Origin: Nitrospiraceae bacterium
GTDB lineage: Bacteria; Nitrospirota; Nitrospiria; Nitrospirales; Nitrospiraceae
Assembly: GCA_050246315.1 (NCBI GenBank)
Contig: JBFWWG010000003.1
Location: 256,001 to 320,000, forward strand
Direction of reading: 5' to 3'
DNA length: 64,000 bases
The notes beneath the pieces are model-generated. The model saw nothing but the letters and a program-made list of their open reading frames with translations, was not told where the DNA came from and did not search any database. Made by a program: the position numbers and the translations under genes. This document shows, in pieces, positions 1 through 13,086 of this stretch. Positions within the stretch are counted from its first letter, which is position 1. Every line of letters begins with the position of its first letter.

Positions 1-1
1 G

Positions 2-235
2 CGGGACCAGGCGATCTATGCCAAGGAAGAGACCCAGAAGGCACCTGGAAAGGAAACAGGCGCCGACTATATGATGAAGGGTAGCATCTCCACGATTCTC
101 GACGAAGCCGACGGAACGAAGGCTGTCTATTACCAGGTCGACCTGGAATTGGTGAATCTGGAGAGCAACGAAAAATCCTGGATCGGCCAGCGAAAGATTA
201 AGAAGGTCGTCGAACGGAAACGGACCATCTTCTAG
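2..235 (+). CDS. C-terminal part of LpoB-family (penicillin-binding protein activator) lipoprotein, 5'-truncated by window edge
   Basis: Manual translation of frame +2: ...GKETGADYMMKGSISTILDEADGTKAVYYQVDLELVNLESNEKSWIGQRKIKK...TAG. Typical LpoB/CsgG-like C-terminus, upstream of a COG3014 gene. Confidence 0.75.
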   Translation, partial: RDQAIYAKEETQKAPGKETGADYMMKGSISTILDEADGTKAVYYQVDLELVNLESNEKSWIGQRKIKKVVERKRTIF

Positions 236-258
236 CCATCGTCTTTTCCTCCAGTCCT

Positions 259-1782
259 TTGGCTGTTTTTTTCTCTGCTGTGCCTGCCGGCGCTCCCCCC
301 GAGAGGGGTCGCGTCTTTCATCGTGTCTCCTCAACGTTTCCCGTCGTCCTCCTGCTGAGCCTCTGCCTGCTGGCGCCGGCCTGTGCCTCCGGCCCGAGCC
401 GCTATCAACTTGTCGAACAAAACCTCCTGGCTGGAAGGCCGCTTCAGGCCGATGCGGTCCTGCAACAAGCCGAGGAAGACTACGGGTCGAAAAACCTCGT
501 GTTGTACGGTATGGACCGTGGGGTGGTGCTTCAGTTGGCCGGCCGCTACCAGGACAGCAACGTGCTGCTCACTCAAGCCGAGGATGAAATCGAGCGGCTG
601 TACACGAGGAAGATCCGCAACGAAGCCCTGTCCTTTCTGCTCAACGACAACGAACTCCCGTTCGAAGGAGATCCTCACGAACAGGTCATGATCAACGTCG
701 TGAAGGCGGTGAACTACGCGCTGATGGAAGATTGGTCCGGCGCCTTGGTCGAGGCCCGGCGCATCGACCATCGCTTGAACGTGATCTCGGATCGCGAGAC
801 AGGCAAGGATGCGTACCGTGACGACGGGTTCGCTCGATATCTGACCGGCATCCTCTATGAGATCGGCGGTGACCTGAACAACGCCTTCGTCGCCTATCGC
901 CGCGCTTACGACGGCTATCAGTCCAACCGCGGCTGGTCACGCACGCCTGTCCCCCCCAGTTTGAAATCCGATCTCCTGCGGGCGGCCGACCGCCTGCATC
1001 TGACCGAGGAGGTAGAAGATTATCGGCGGGAATTTCCTGAGACCGCCTGGGAACCCGTGAGCAGTCGAGCGCACCTCGCCCAGATCATTCTGATTAGTTA
1101 TAATGGCCGCGCGCCGATCCGGGTGGATCAGTTTTTAGACATTCCACTCAGCCTCGACGCCGCCCGGCTGGTATTACTGGCCAGAGGGTACGGAGGCGGC
1201 TCTCAGCGGACACGCACCGCCGACAGTCTTCTATATGGACTCAACGGTCGGGTCGTGCGCGTGGCGATTCCCCGACTCATCCCTCAGCGCAATCAGGTGG
1301 CGGGCGGGCAATTGTCGCTCATCGGCGACTCGGGTGTGTTCACGGCTAGAACCGAGATGGTGCACGACCTGACAGCCATGGCGGAGAAAAGCCTGTCGGA
1401 TCAGCTCCCCGGCATCATGGTTCGTGCCGCCGCGCGCGCCGCTGTTAAGTACGGACTGGCCGAAGGCATCGAGCAGGGTGTGCGCTCAGCCACGCGACAG
1501 CGCAATCGGAACGGGGATCGGGCGGACTTGGAATGGGTGGCGTTCGTGGTCGGTTCCCTCCTGAAAACCATGGCGATCGCGACGGAGGAGGCGGACAAAC
1601 GCTGTTGGCAAACCCTGCCTGCCCAGATTCACGTGGCACGGCTGTGGGTGCCGGCAGGCGAGTACGACCTGCGGACTCGATCGCTGGCTCAACAGGGGGG
1701 CCTCGTCAGGCCGGAGACGGCAACGCGGGTCACCCTGCGTGCCGGAGACACCCGCTTCGTCGTGGAGCGAGTCCTGCAATGA
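259..1782 (+). CDS. COG3014-family TPR-like lipoprotein (true start probably slightly downstream)
   Basis: Lipobox-like LLAPAC; motifs PFEGDPHEQVMIN, ALVEARR, ADKRCWQTLP. Confidence 0.75.
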   Translation: MAVFFSAVPAGAPPERGRVFHRVSSTFPVVLLLSLCLLAPACASGPSRYQLVEQNLLAGRPLQADAVLQQAEEDYGSKNLVLYGMDRGVVLQLAGRYQDSNVLLTQAEDEIERLYTRKIRNEALSFLLNDNELPFEGDPHEQVMINVVKAVNYALMEDWSGALVEARRIDHRLNVISDRETGKDAYRDDGFARYLTGILYEIGGDLNNAFVAYRRAYDGYQSNRGWSRTPVPPSLKSDLLRAADRLHLTEEVEDYRREFPETAWEPVSSRAHLAQIILISYNGRAPIRVDQFLDIPLSLDAARLVLLARGYGGGSQRTRTADSLLYGLNGRVVRVAIPRLIPQRNQVAGGQLSLIGDSGVFTARTEMVHDLTAMAEKSLSDQLPGIMVRAAARAAVKYGLAEGIEQGVRSATRQRNRNGDRADLEWVAFVVGSLLKTMAIATEEADKRCWQTLPAQIHVARLWVPAGEYDLRTRSLAQQGGLVRPETATRVTLRAGDTRFVVERVLQ

Positions 1783-2939
1783 AGCGGTATCGATGGAGAA
1801 TGCACCAGGCACAGGCCACGGGTACACTCGCGCTGTTAATCGCGTCGGGTTGTACATGGTGGGACGGCTCATCCGATTCCGACTGGATGAAACGGACGAA
1901 CAAGACCTTCCCCCCCGCGCAGTATCTGGTCGGCCACGGCGAGGGGGAGTCCGGGACGGTGGCCGCCGAACGGGCCTATGCGGCGGTCGCGAAGATCTTT
2001 CGAGCCGAGATCAATTCCCAGGCGAAGGAATGGGAATCCTATCTCCTGATCGAGAACAAGGGGAGAAGTCGGGACGAACGGCAGCTCACCCTGGACCATG
2101 TCACCAGCGTGTCCACGGATAAGGTGCTGGAGAACGTCAGAGTGCTCGACGAGTGGTACGACGACGACCGGCGATTGCATCATGCGTTGGCCGGCATGAA
2201 CCGGAGCCAGACTGAAACGGCCACGCTCGAACGGATCAACGAGTTCGACGAGATTGTCGCCCATCATGTCGCAAAGTCTCGGGACAGCACCGAGCCTCTC
2301 GCGCATGCTCGTCACCTGAAGCGGGCCGTCACCGCGCTCGTCTTGCGGGAGGCTCACAACGCCGACCTGCGCGTGATCCGGCCGAACGGTCAGGGACTGG
2401 CGTCACCCTACCAAGTCGCAGCCTTGAGCGGTGAATTGGAACGGTTTCTGGCCACCGGCCTTCCGCTCGAACTGGATCTCTCCGGAGACTACACGGAGCC
2501 GATCGGACGCGCCCTGATCGAGGGGCTGGCCCGCGAGGGGCTCTCCGTGACCGAGTTCTCGACAGGAGGTGCCTCGGTCCGACCAGTGCCGTCCGATCGA
2601 CGTCCGGTCCTGCTTATCAAAGGACTCGTCCGCCTCTGGCCCATCGAAGTCCAGGACCCGGCGTTCCGTTACGTCCGCTGGTGCAGCGATTTCCTTATCG
2701 TGGAAGCGGGGACCGGCCGGGCCCTCGGCGCCCTCTCCAAGGGCGATCGTGTCGGCCATGTCTCCACGAAGGAAGCGACGGTCAAAGCGCTGAGACAGAT
2801 CCAGCAGGATCTGTCGGTACAATTGACGAGGCGACTCACAGATTATATTTATGGAGACCTGGAACCGTCCGAGGTTCCAGCTTCGGGAGGCGCCTGTCCC
2901 CGATCCGCCGCAGCAGGCGGCCTCAGACCGGCAATCTGA
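1779..2939 (+). CDS. LPP20-family lipoprotein
   Basis: ATG at 1779 overlaps upstream stop (ATGA); lipobox-like ASGC; YLVGHGEG...AYAAVAKIF motif. Confidence 0.65.
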   Translation: MKRYRWRMHQAQATGTLALLIASGCTWWDGSSDSDWMKRTNKTFPPAQYLVGHGEGESGTVAAERAYAAVAKIFRAEINSQAKEWESYLLIENKGRSRDERQLTLDHVTSVSTDKVLENVRVLDEWYDDDRRLHHALAGMNRSQTETATLERINEFDEIVAHHVAKSRDSTEPLAHARHLKRAVTALVLREAHNADLRVIRPNGQGLASPYQVAALSGELERFLATGLPLELDLSGDYTEPIGRALIEGLAREGLSVTEFSTGGASVRPVPSDRRPVLLIKGLVRLWPIEVQDPAFRYVRWCSDFLIVEAGTGRALGALSKGDRVGHVSTKEATVKALRQIQQDLSVQLTRRLTDYIYGDLEPSEVPASGGACPRSAAAGGLRPAI

Positions 2940-2960
2940 CGACCACACCAAGGAGGAGAA

Positions 2961-3254
2961 ATGGGAAAACAGACTGAGAAACTCGATTCCGGCTCCAGAG
3001 CCACCGGGAGGGGTAGTGTGCGCGACCCCAGGCCGGGCGTGATTTCGGTGACCAAGCGGCGCGGCCCCAGCCGGCTCGCCAAGGCCAATCTGCGTGACCG
3101 CATCCGTCGCGACACTGCATCCATGCTGGACGGCTCGTTTCTGGACATGCTGAAGAAGCAGGGGTATGAGGAGGTCCCGTTGGAGGAGTTGCAGGATCGG
3201 CTGTCGAAACTTCGCGATGAACTGGCACCGTTGATCGTAGCCGGGAGAGGATGA
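2961..3254 (+). CDS. putative antitoxin (small protein upstream of PIN toxin)
   Basis: Strong SD AAGGAGGAG; 97 aa; directly precedes PIN-domain gene. Confidence 0.55.
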   Translation: MGKQTEKLDSGSRATGRGSVRDPRPGVISVTKRRGPSRLAKANLRDRIRRDTASMLDGSFLDMLKKQGYEEVPLEELQDRLSKLRDELAPLIVAGRG

Positions 3255-3257
3255 CCG

Positions 3258-3704
3258 ATGCCGTATTTCTATTTCGACTCAACCGCCCTCATCAAACGCT
3301 ACAGCCGAGAACGCGGGACCCGAATCGTCAACAAGCTCCTGGTCAAACGCGGGAAAGTCATCCTGGTGCCGAGTCAGAGCTTAGTGGAACTCTATTCGAT
3401 TCTGGCCAATCAGACCAAGAAGGAGCTGCTGACCCGGGACGACTGGTATTCGGTGGTGTTTCGCTTCGAGCAGGAAATGTTACAGGGGCTCTATCACTTC
3501 GTCACGCCCACGCACGACACCTACTTATCCGTCAAAGAGCTCTCGTTGCACCATCCGCAACTCCGAGCGAGCCAACTCTTGCACTTGGCTCTGGCCATCG
3601 AACTCAAACCGCTTCGATTGACGATGGTGAGTACGGACACGGCCCTGCTTGAATGTTGCCGTCCCTACGGCATCAAACAGATTAATCCGGAGGATGATCA
3701 GTAG
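3258..3704 (+). CDS. PIN-domain VapC-family protein
   Basis: YFDSTALIKRY N-terminal PIN motif, SLVEL, VSTD; SD GGAGAGG 7 nt upstream. Confidence 0.8.
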   Translation: MPYFYFDSTALIKRYSRERGTRIVNKLLVKRGKVILVPSQSLVELYSILANQTKKELLTRDDWYSVVFRFEQEMLQGLYHFVTPTHDTYLSVKELSLHHPQLRASQLLHLALAIELKPLRLTMVSTDTALLECCRPYGIKQINPEDDQ

Positions 3705-4284
3705 ACGGGCTCGCCTCGGGACACTGAAAGTCCGCCGTCATCGACGCAAGGACGGTGGTCCAGTCGTCTGCCGAAGTCCGCAACTGTTTGATCCGCGTCG
3801 TATCGGGAGGAGATAGAGCCTGCAACGCCTGCTCGTCCAGGTTCAGGTTCACCATGGCCTTGCGTAATCCGAGGTGGGCGGATCGGAGGGTGTGGCAGAC
3901 GCCGCTCGAGGCCGGAGCCTGTCCCCCGGCCCGATGAAATAACGCAAGCGCCCGGTAGCCCTGCTCTTGCGCGCGAAAGAACGTTTCGGCTCCTCGGTAG
4001 ACGAGACCCTTCGGTTGATTACCGTATCGTTTGCCCAACTGCTGGGCCATCAGCGCCGCCCGTCCCATGCTCATCGCCGCACCTTCCGCGTCGCCATTGG
4101 CCATAGACTCCTCGGCTCGCGCCTGCAACCGGTCCAGCTCGGCCTCATCCCCGATCGTTTGCGCCGGCAGTCCGGTCGTCATCCCCGCCCAAAGCATCAG
4201 GGCAGACAGGACGATCTGCCCGCGACCCACGCGATGATCCCGTAGCGCCCCGGACGAACCACGCGTCTTAGTGCTCGATCCCAT
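3682..4284 (-). CDS. secreted alpha-helical hypothetical protein
   Basis: Hydrophobic signal-like segment IVLSALMLWAG followed by helical domain with two Cys; start uncertain. Confidence 0.6.
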   Translation of the reverse strand: MGSSTKTRGSSGALRDHRVGRGQIVLSALMLWAGMTTGLPAQTIGDEAELDRLQARAEESMANGDAEGAAMSMGRAALMAQQLGKRYGNQPKGLVYRGAETFFRAQEQGYRALALFHRAGGQAPASSGVCHTLRSAHLGLRKAMVNLNLDEQALQALSPPDTTRIKQLRTSADDWTTVLASMTADFQCPEASPSTDHPPD

Positions 4285-5371
4285 CAATCTGTTTGAGCGT
4301 GTAGTGGAGCGCGTCGTACAACTTGCCCTCCGGCGATTCACGATCAGCCACCCGCTTATCCCCCATCGAGGCCTGCAATTTCAGCAAGGGTTCGTAGGCC
4401 CGTCGGTCGGGAAGTTGCCCAAGCGCCCAGACGGCGGCCGTTTGCAGTTTGATGTCGCCGGTCTCCATGGCATGGATCAGCGGAGGAACAACCGAGGCAT
4501 CGCCATGGAGCGCCCCGACCTTGCCAAGCCCTCGGCAGGCCTCGATCTGCAACTCCGGCGGCCCGGTTTGGAGTACGTCCACCAGCATCGCGATGCCTTC
4601 CCGGTGCCCGATGTTCCCCACTGCAATGATCGCGGCTTTGGCCACCTCCATATCCGGATCCTTGAGCAGAGGCTTCAGATGCGGGACAGCGGAGCCGGCA
4701 AACAGTTCTCCGAAGGCCTGAATCAGCGCAATCTTCCTGCCCGAGGTCAGATCCGGCTTCTGAAACATCTTGAGGAGGCGAGCCTCCTGGCCCCATTCAG
4801 TGGTGAGGAACACCGGAAATTCATACTTCGCCAGCCGCTCTTGCAACCGGGTGATGGCAAACATCCCCGGATCACGTTCTCCGGCCTCGTTCGCCGCCTT
4901 GAGGGCATCTTCAAAGTCCGTCCGCACTTCTTTGGCCCATGCCATTGGCTTGCCGTCCATCAGGTACCGCAACTGACAGGCTGGCCCTCTCCAGACTCGA
5001 GACGGGGAGTCCGGGAGGTCCGCATCGCCGCCGGCTGAGACAGTTCCCTCCCACGTCTTGCGCTGTTCGCATTTGACGCGGAGCACCGCATCGCTCGGCT
5101 CGGTCGGATCCTTGACGATCTCGTACTCGAACTCTTCCATCTTCTTGGCGACGAGGTCGTGGACCGCGGTCGCATCCTCCTGTCCCTGGTCGGTCAGGAC
5201 CAACGCCTGGACTTGGATCCTCTGAATCTTCTCAAGTGCCTGCCGTTCCGTTTCCGTCAAACTGGGCCGTCGAGCCTGCGCCTCGACCGCCAGGACACTC
5301 ATGACACAGATTCCCGCAAGCACCACCCTTACAGAATGAAAATGAGTCGGCATCACGCCCCTGTTGATCAT
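4268..5371 (-). CDS. secreted HEAT-repeat protein
   Basis: SD GAAAGGAG before ATG 5371; signal peptide; HEAT/PBS-lyase repeats (AAIIAVGNIG, ACRGLGKVG, AAVWALGQL). Confidence 0.8.
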   Translation of the reverse strand: MINRGVMPTHFHSVRVVLAGICVMSVLAVEAQARRPSLTETERQALEKIQRIQVQALVLTDQGQEDATAVHDLVAKKMEEFEYEIVKDPTEPSDAVLRVKCEQRKTWEGTVSAGGDADLPDSPSRVWRGPACQLRYLMDGKPMAWAKEVRTDFEDALKAANEAGERDPGMFAITRLQERLAKYEFPVFLTTEWGQEARLLKMFQKPDLTSGRKIALIQAFGELFAGSAVPHLKPLLKDPDMEVAKAAIIAVGNIGHREGIAMLVDVLQTGPPELQIEACRGLGKVGALHGDASVVPPLIHAMETGDIKLQTAAVWALGQLPDRRAYEPLLKLQASMGDKRVADRESPEGKLYDALHYTLKQIDGIEH

Positions 5372-5457
5372 AGATGACTCCTTTCGACCGGCGGGCCTTC
5401 GTGCCACACCTCGCTGACTGCCACAGTACTGTACTGCTCCGGCCAGAACGGTGCAAG

Positions 5458-5486
5458 TTGAAGGCCCGCCGAGGCCACAGTATAAT
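5458..5486 (+). promoter_or_regulatory. sigma70 promoter of proC (leaderless)
   Basis: TTGAAG-N17-TATAAT, ATG only 8 nt downstream. Confidence 0.7.
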
Positions 5487-5494
5487 CGCGCCCA

Positions 5495-6322
5495 ATGTTT
5501 GCCGGACAGCAGATCGCGTTCATCGGCGGCGGTAATATGACTGAGGCGTTGGTGTCGGGCCTCCTCAAAACGGGGCAGGTCACCCCCGCACAGCTCATCG
5601 CGACCGATGTCCGCCCGGAACGGCTGGAGTACCTGGCGCGCGCCTTTTCGATTCGCGTGTCTTCCGACAATGTCCGCGCGATCACGGGGGCGCAGATGAC
5701 GGTCCTCTCCGTCGAACCGCAAGTCCTCGACGACGTGCTCAAGGCGTTGGCTCCTTCTCTCGATCCTGAGACACTGATCCTGTCCGTAGCGGCCGGCTAC
5801 CCCCTGTCCCGCCTCGGGCGGATTCTGGCGCGAACGGCGCGATTGATTCGTGCCATGCCCAATACGCCTGCTATTGTGGGCCGCGGCGCCACGGCGCTTG
5901 CCCTGTCGCCGGGCCTGTCGCCCCAGGATCTCGCACGCGCCACCGCGCTCTTCAAATCAGTCGGCTCGGTCACCGTCGTTGAGGAGCGTCTGATGGACGC
6001 CGTCACGGGGCTCAGCGGAAGCGGACCGGCCTATGTGTTCCTGATCATCGAAGCTCTGGCCGACGGCGGCGTCAAAGTCGGGTTGCCGCGTCCCGTGGCC
6101 GTCACGCTCGCCGCGCAAACCGTGCTGGGGGCCGCGACAATGGTCCTCGAAACCGGTCTGCATCCGGCGGAACTGAAGGACCGGGTGGCGTCGCCGGGCG
6201 GCACCACGATCGCCGGTCTGCATGCGCTTGAACGAGGCGGCTTGAGGGCCGCCCTCATCTCGGCCGTGGAAGCCGCAACCCAACGATCGGCGGATCTCGG
6301 CAGCGAACCACCCTTACACTAG
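5495..6322 (+). CDS. proC: pyrroline-5-carboxylate reductase
   Basis: FIGGGNM, RAMPNTP, GLSGSGPAY, VASPGGTTIAG motifs. Confidence 0.97.
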   Translation: MFAGQQIAFIGGGNMTEALVSGLLKTGQVTPAQLIATDVRPERLEYLARAFSIRVSSDNVRAITGAQMTVLSVEPQVLDDVLKALAPSLDPETLILSVAAGYPLSRLGRILARTARLIRAMPNTPAIVGRGATALALSPGLSPQDLARATALFKSVGSVTVVEERLMDAVTGLSGSGPAYVFLIIEALADGGVKVGLPRPVAVTLAAQTVLGAATMVLETGLHPAELKDRVASPGGTTIAGLHALERGGLRAALISAVEAATQRSADLGSEPPLH

Positions 6323-6331
6323 GAGCCTACC

Positions 6332-6526
6332 GTGCAGTATTGGGTCAAAGTCGTCTTTACGGATAATCAGGAACTGATGGTCAAGGATGCCATCCGCCAC
6401 ACGATCAGCGAGGACATGGAGGTGTTGGAAATTGACACGCCACAGGAGGTGACGATCATTCCGGTCAAGCAGATCAAGTACGTCTCCTGCGACGCAACCG
6501 TCTTCAACAAGAAACCGAAGGTGTAG
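6332..6526 (+). CDS. small hypothetical protein (64 aa)
   Basis: SD AGGAG before GTG; protein-like beta-rich composition. Confidence 0.7.
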   Translation: MQYWVKVVFTDNQELMVKDAIRHTISEDMEVLEIDTPQEVTIIPVKQIKYVSCDATVFNKKPKV

Positions 6527-6582
6527 GACGCCGCGCCCGTCGCTGAGGCGAGGCTCGTCACCGCCGCCCGGATTGAACCGCC

Positions 6583-6608
6583 CGAGGCCTTGTGACGAGG
6601 CCTTGTGA
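6583..6608. repeat. perfect 13-bp tandem repeat CGAGGCCTTGTGA x2
   Basis: Read directly at 6583-6595 and 6596-6608. Confidence 0.85.
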
Positions 6609-6670
6609 ATGGTGTCCCGCACATCGCGTGGCCGGAGCCGATCTCCGCCCTCCAGGAACCGGTGGCTCGT

Positions 6671-6699
6671 TTGACCCCCCGTCGATGGATTGTTACAAT
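6671..6699 (+). promoter_or_regulatory. sigma70 promoter of aroQ-efp-accBC operon
   Basis: TTGACC-N17-TACAAT. Confidence 0.75.
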
Positions 6700-6781
6700 A
6701 CCGCCGCCTTCAGATCGCCACACAAGGATACTCGGCGCTTAGCCCGTTAGCCCCGGCTACAACGATGGCAGTGGAGTGTGC

Positions 6782-7312
6782 ATGCTTCGAGTGCTGGTCT
6801 TGCACGGGCCGAATCTGAATCTGTTGGGTACCCGTGAACCGTCTCTCTACGGGATGGCGGATTTGGCAACCATCAACCACTCCCTTCGCCGGCTCGCGAC
6901 GCAGGAGGGGATCGGGATCGAGTGCCGGCAGTCCAACCTGGAAGGGGAGCTGGTAACCTGGATCCAGGAGGCCAGGCGGCGGTTCGACGGTCTGTTGATT
7001 AATCCCGCGGCCTACACCCATACCAGCGTCGCGATCCGCGACGCGATCGCGGCCGTGCAGATTCCGACCGTCGAGGTGCACCTGTCCAACATTCATCAGC
7101 GAGAAGAGTTCCGGCATCATTCGTATATCGCCGGGGTGGCTGTGGGCCAGATCGCCGGATTCGGGCCGGACAGCTACCTCTTGGGACTGCACGGTCTCCT
7201 CCATCACCTCAATGGAATCCATGGGCCCAATGGGGCGCAGCCGACCGGCTCTGCAACCCGTCACATCAAACGCAAACCTGCAACCAAGCGGACCCGTATC
7301 ACATCAACGTGA
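6782..7312 (+). CDS. aroQ: type II 3-dehydroquinate dehydratase
   Basis: [37 protein letters not shown]. Confidence 0.97.
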   Translation: MLRVLVLHGPNLNLLGTREPSLYGMADLATINHSLRRLATQEGIGIECRQSNLEGELVTWIQEARRRFDGLLINPAAYTHTSVAIRDAIAAVQIPTVEVHLSNIHQREEFRHHSYIAGVAVGQIAGFGPDSYLLGLHGLLHHLNGIHGPNGAQPTGSATRHIKRKPATKRTRITST

Positions 7313-7352
7313 GCATCGAGCGCCCCGCTGAGGAGAATAAGGAGTACCCATC

Positions 7353-7913
7353 GTGATTTCGACCGCAGATTTTCGCAACGGGGTCCGGCTGGAAATCGAC
7401 GGAGAACCCTTTTATATCGTGGAATTTCAGCACGTGAAGCCCGGCAAGGGCGGCGCGTTCGTCCGAACCAAGCTCAAGAGTTACAAGACGGGGAACGTGC
7501 TCGACCGAACCTTTCGGTCGGGGGAGAAATTCGATGAGCCCGAATTGGAAGAGCGGGAAATGCAATTCCTTTACGCATCCGGCGAACAGTATACCTTCAT
7601 GGATACGGACACCTACGAGCAGTTCTCGTATGACAAGGCTCACCTCGGTGAAAACGCGGACTTGCTGAAAGAGGACATGCGGGTCAACATCCTCGTCTAT
7701 CACCATGCGCCCCTGGCCGTCGAGTTGCCGATCTTCATCGAATTGAAGGTGGTCGACGCCGACCCTGGTATCAGAGGCGATACGGCCTCCGGCGGCAGCA
7801 AACCGGCCAGGGTCGAGACCGGGGCCACGATCAAAGTACCGCTGTACCTCGAAGTCGGCGAGACCATCAAGATCGACACGCGCACCCGCGCCTACGTGGA
7901 GCGTGTGCGGTGA
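7353..7913 (+). CDS. efp: translation elongation factor P
   Basis: HVKPGKGGAFVRTKLK, PGIRGDTA motifs. Confidence 0.98.
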   Translation: MISTADFRNGVRLEIDGEPFYIVEFQHVKPGKGGAFVRTKLKSYKTGNVLDRTFRSGEKFDEPELEEREMQFLYASGEQYTFMDTDTYEQFSYDKAHLGENADLLKEDMRVNILVYHHAPLAVELPIFIELKVVDADPGIRGDTASGGSKPARVETGATIKVPLYLEVGETIKIDTRTRAYVERVR

Positions 7914-8470
7914 GCAGGAAGAAACCTTCTCCGACAGGATCGGCCTCCGGCCGCAAGGCACCGATTCTGGTCCCTGGACGGTTGCTGGAATCGGACCGAC
8001 ACCAGCCGGCCGAAGATCGAGCGAAGCTGATCCAGGATCTGGCCGATTTGCTTCGGAAGAACAACCTCAGCGAGCTGGAGTTCGAGCGTGAGGGGCTGCG
8101 GGTGCGCCTTCGACAGGAGTACACCTCGAAACCGGCCGGCCTGGTTCCTCCGGAGCCGGTGGCAGGCCAGACACCATCGCTTCCTTCATATATCGCGACG
8201 CCTCCGGCCGACACGAGGGGCTTGGTCACGATCACATCGCCGATCGTGGGAACGTTTTATCGTTCACCCTCTCCCGATGCCGATCCCTACGTCGAGGAGG
8301 GGGATACGGTCAAGAAGGGGCAGGTGCTCTGCATCGTGGAAGCCATGAAACTGATGAACGAAATCGAATCGGAAGTCGACGGCCGCGTCGTCAAAATTCT
8401 GGTGGAAAGCGCCAAGCCGGTCGAATATGGACAACCCTTGTTCCTCATCGAACCCACGCCTGCTGCCTGA
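7910..8470 (+). CDS. accB: acetyl-CoA carboxylase biotin carboxyl carrier protein
   Basis: SPIVGTFYRSP, EAMKLMN biotinylation motif. Confidence 0.96.
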   Translation: MSRKKPSPTGSASGRKAPILVPGRLLESDRHQPAEDRAKLIQDLADLLRKNNLSELEFEREGLRVRLRQEYTSKPAGLVPPEPVAGQTPSLPSYIATPPADTRGLVTITSPIVGTFYRSPSPDADPYVEEGDTVKKGQVLCIVEAMKLMNEIESEVDGRVVKILVESAKPVEYGQPLFLIEPTPAA

Positions 8471-8500
8471 CGCACCCATCCACGAATTTCGGAGGCAGCC

Positions 8501-9850
<1,350 letters not shown>

Positions 9851-9896
9851 CCCCACGGGCGACTCGGCCGGTTGAATCCCCACGAGACGATGTTCC

Positions 9897-12056
<2,160 letters not shown>

Positions 12057-12240
12057 AGCCGACCGTCTCCTTTCGTCGTGCCGGAGATTATGGGTAGCCC
12101 GCAACGGAAAGGCAACGTCCAGACTCTGGGCATCCGACATGATCCACCGTCTACTCAGCGCGCCCTCGCCTGTCAGCCGATCGCCTTGCCCGCCTGTCGG
12201 CCCCTGTGATACGGTCCCCCGATTGTCGAAAGGAATCCCT

Positions 12241-13086
12241 ATGCCTGACTCCGTTCCTCGCCTCTGGTTGTCGTGCGGTTTTGCCATTCTGATTTGGTAT
12301 ATCGGCCCGGCGTGGGCCGACCAACTGCTGACTGTTGAGGACTCGCCGGCCTATTTCCCAGACGACGTCGGCAACTATTGGTCCTATCGAGGTGAAGTCA
12401 CGGAAGGCCCCGTGCAATCGATCGAACACAAGATCTTCGTCAACGAGTCGAAGGTCCTTCGCACCGAGAAACGGAAGGGCGTCGAGTTGACGGTGTTTCA
12501 TGATTCGAATGCGGGGAACCACGGCCCATCCGACAGTTATTACCGGCGGGACGCCGTGGGCATCGTCTACCATGGTTCCGAGCCCGGCACGCCGCTCGAG
12601 CGACAGCTGGTTCCCTATCAGATCGTACAGTTTCCGCTTCGATATCCGTCGAGCTTTCAGCAGTTCGATCGGAACCAATTGGACTTCGGAAACGACCTGG
12701 ACGGCGACGGCGTCAACGAGCGGGTGGACGTCCAAGGCGTGGCATCGGTCGTGGGACGCGACAGCGTGACCGTGCCGGCCGGGAAGTTCCCTGATACGGT
12801 CCATCTCGAAGCCCGCATGATGCTGCGGATCACGCTGTCCGCCAACAAGCATGCGGTGACCGGAACAGATGTGATGAATGCCTGGTTCGCGAAGGGCGTC
12901 GGGATGGTCAAATATGTCGAGCGTCAAGAGTTGCCGCCGCTGCGGCGCGACCGAGGGCTGGTCAGCGAGATCCAGGAGGAATTGGTGGACTATCAGGTGA
13001 AGGGTCCGCTTCAGTCATTCGATCGGCGCGAATCCCCGCCGCAGGGTATTTTCGCTCACGACACGCGCGGTCATGAATTGCAGTAA
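12241..13086 (+). CDS. secreted hypothetical protein
   Basis: SD GAAAGGA; signal peptide ending AWA; DLDGDG Ca-binding-like motif; VTVPAGKF...WFAKGVGMVK motif. Confidence 0.7.
   Translation: MPDSVPRLWLSCGFAILIWYIGPAWADQLLTVEDSPAYFPDDVGNYWSYRGEVTEGPVQSIEHKIFVNESKVLRTEKRKGVELTVFHDSNAGNHGPSDSYYRRDAVGIVYHGSEPGTPLERQLVPYQIVQFPLRYPSSFQQFDRNQLDFGNDLDGDGVNERVDVQGVASVVGRDSVTVPAGKFPDTVHLEARMMLRITLSANKHAVTGTDVMNAWFAKGVGMVKYVERQELPPLRRDRGLVSEIQEELVDYQVKGPLQSFDRRESPPQGIFAHDTRGHELQ

Noticed and set aside
3251..3652. Alternative ORF coupled by ATGA to the putative antitoxin
   Set aside because: No protein-like features; SD spacing favours ATG 3258 of the PIN protein.
13015..13086. Convergent 3' overlaps (72 nt at putA, 44 nt at thiE/bioD, 23 nt at vapC)
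   Set aside because: Common in compact high-GC genomes; no evidence of function.
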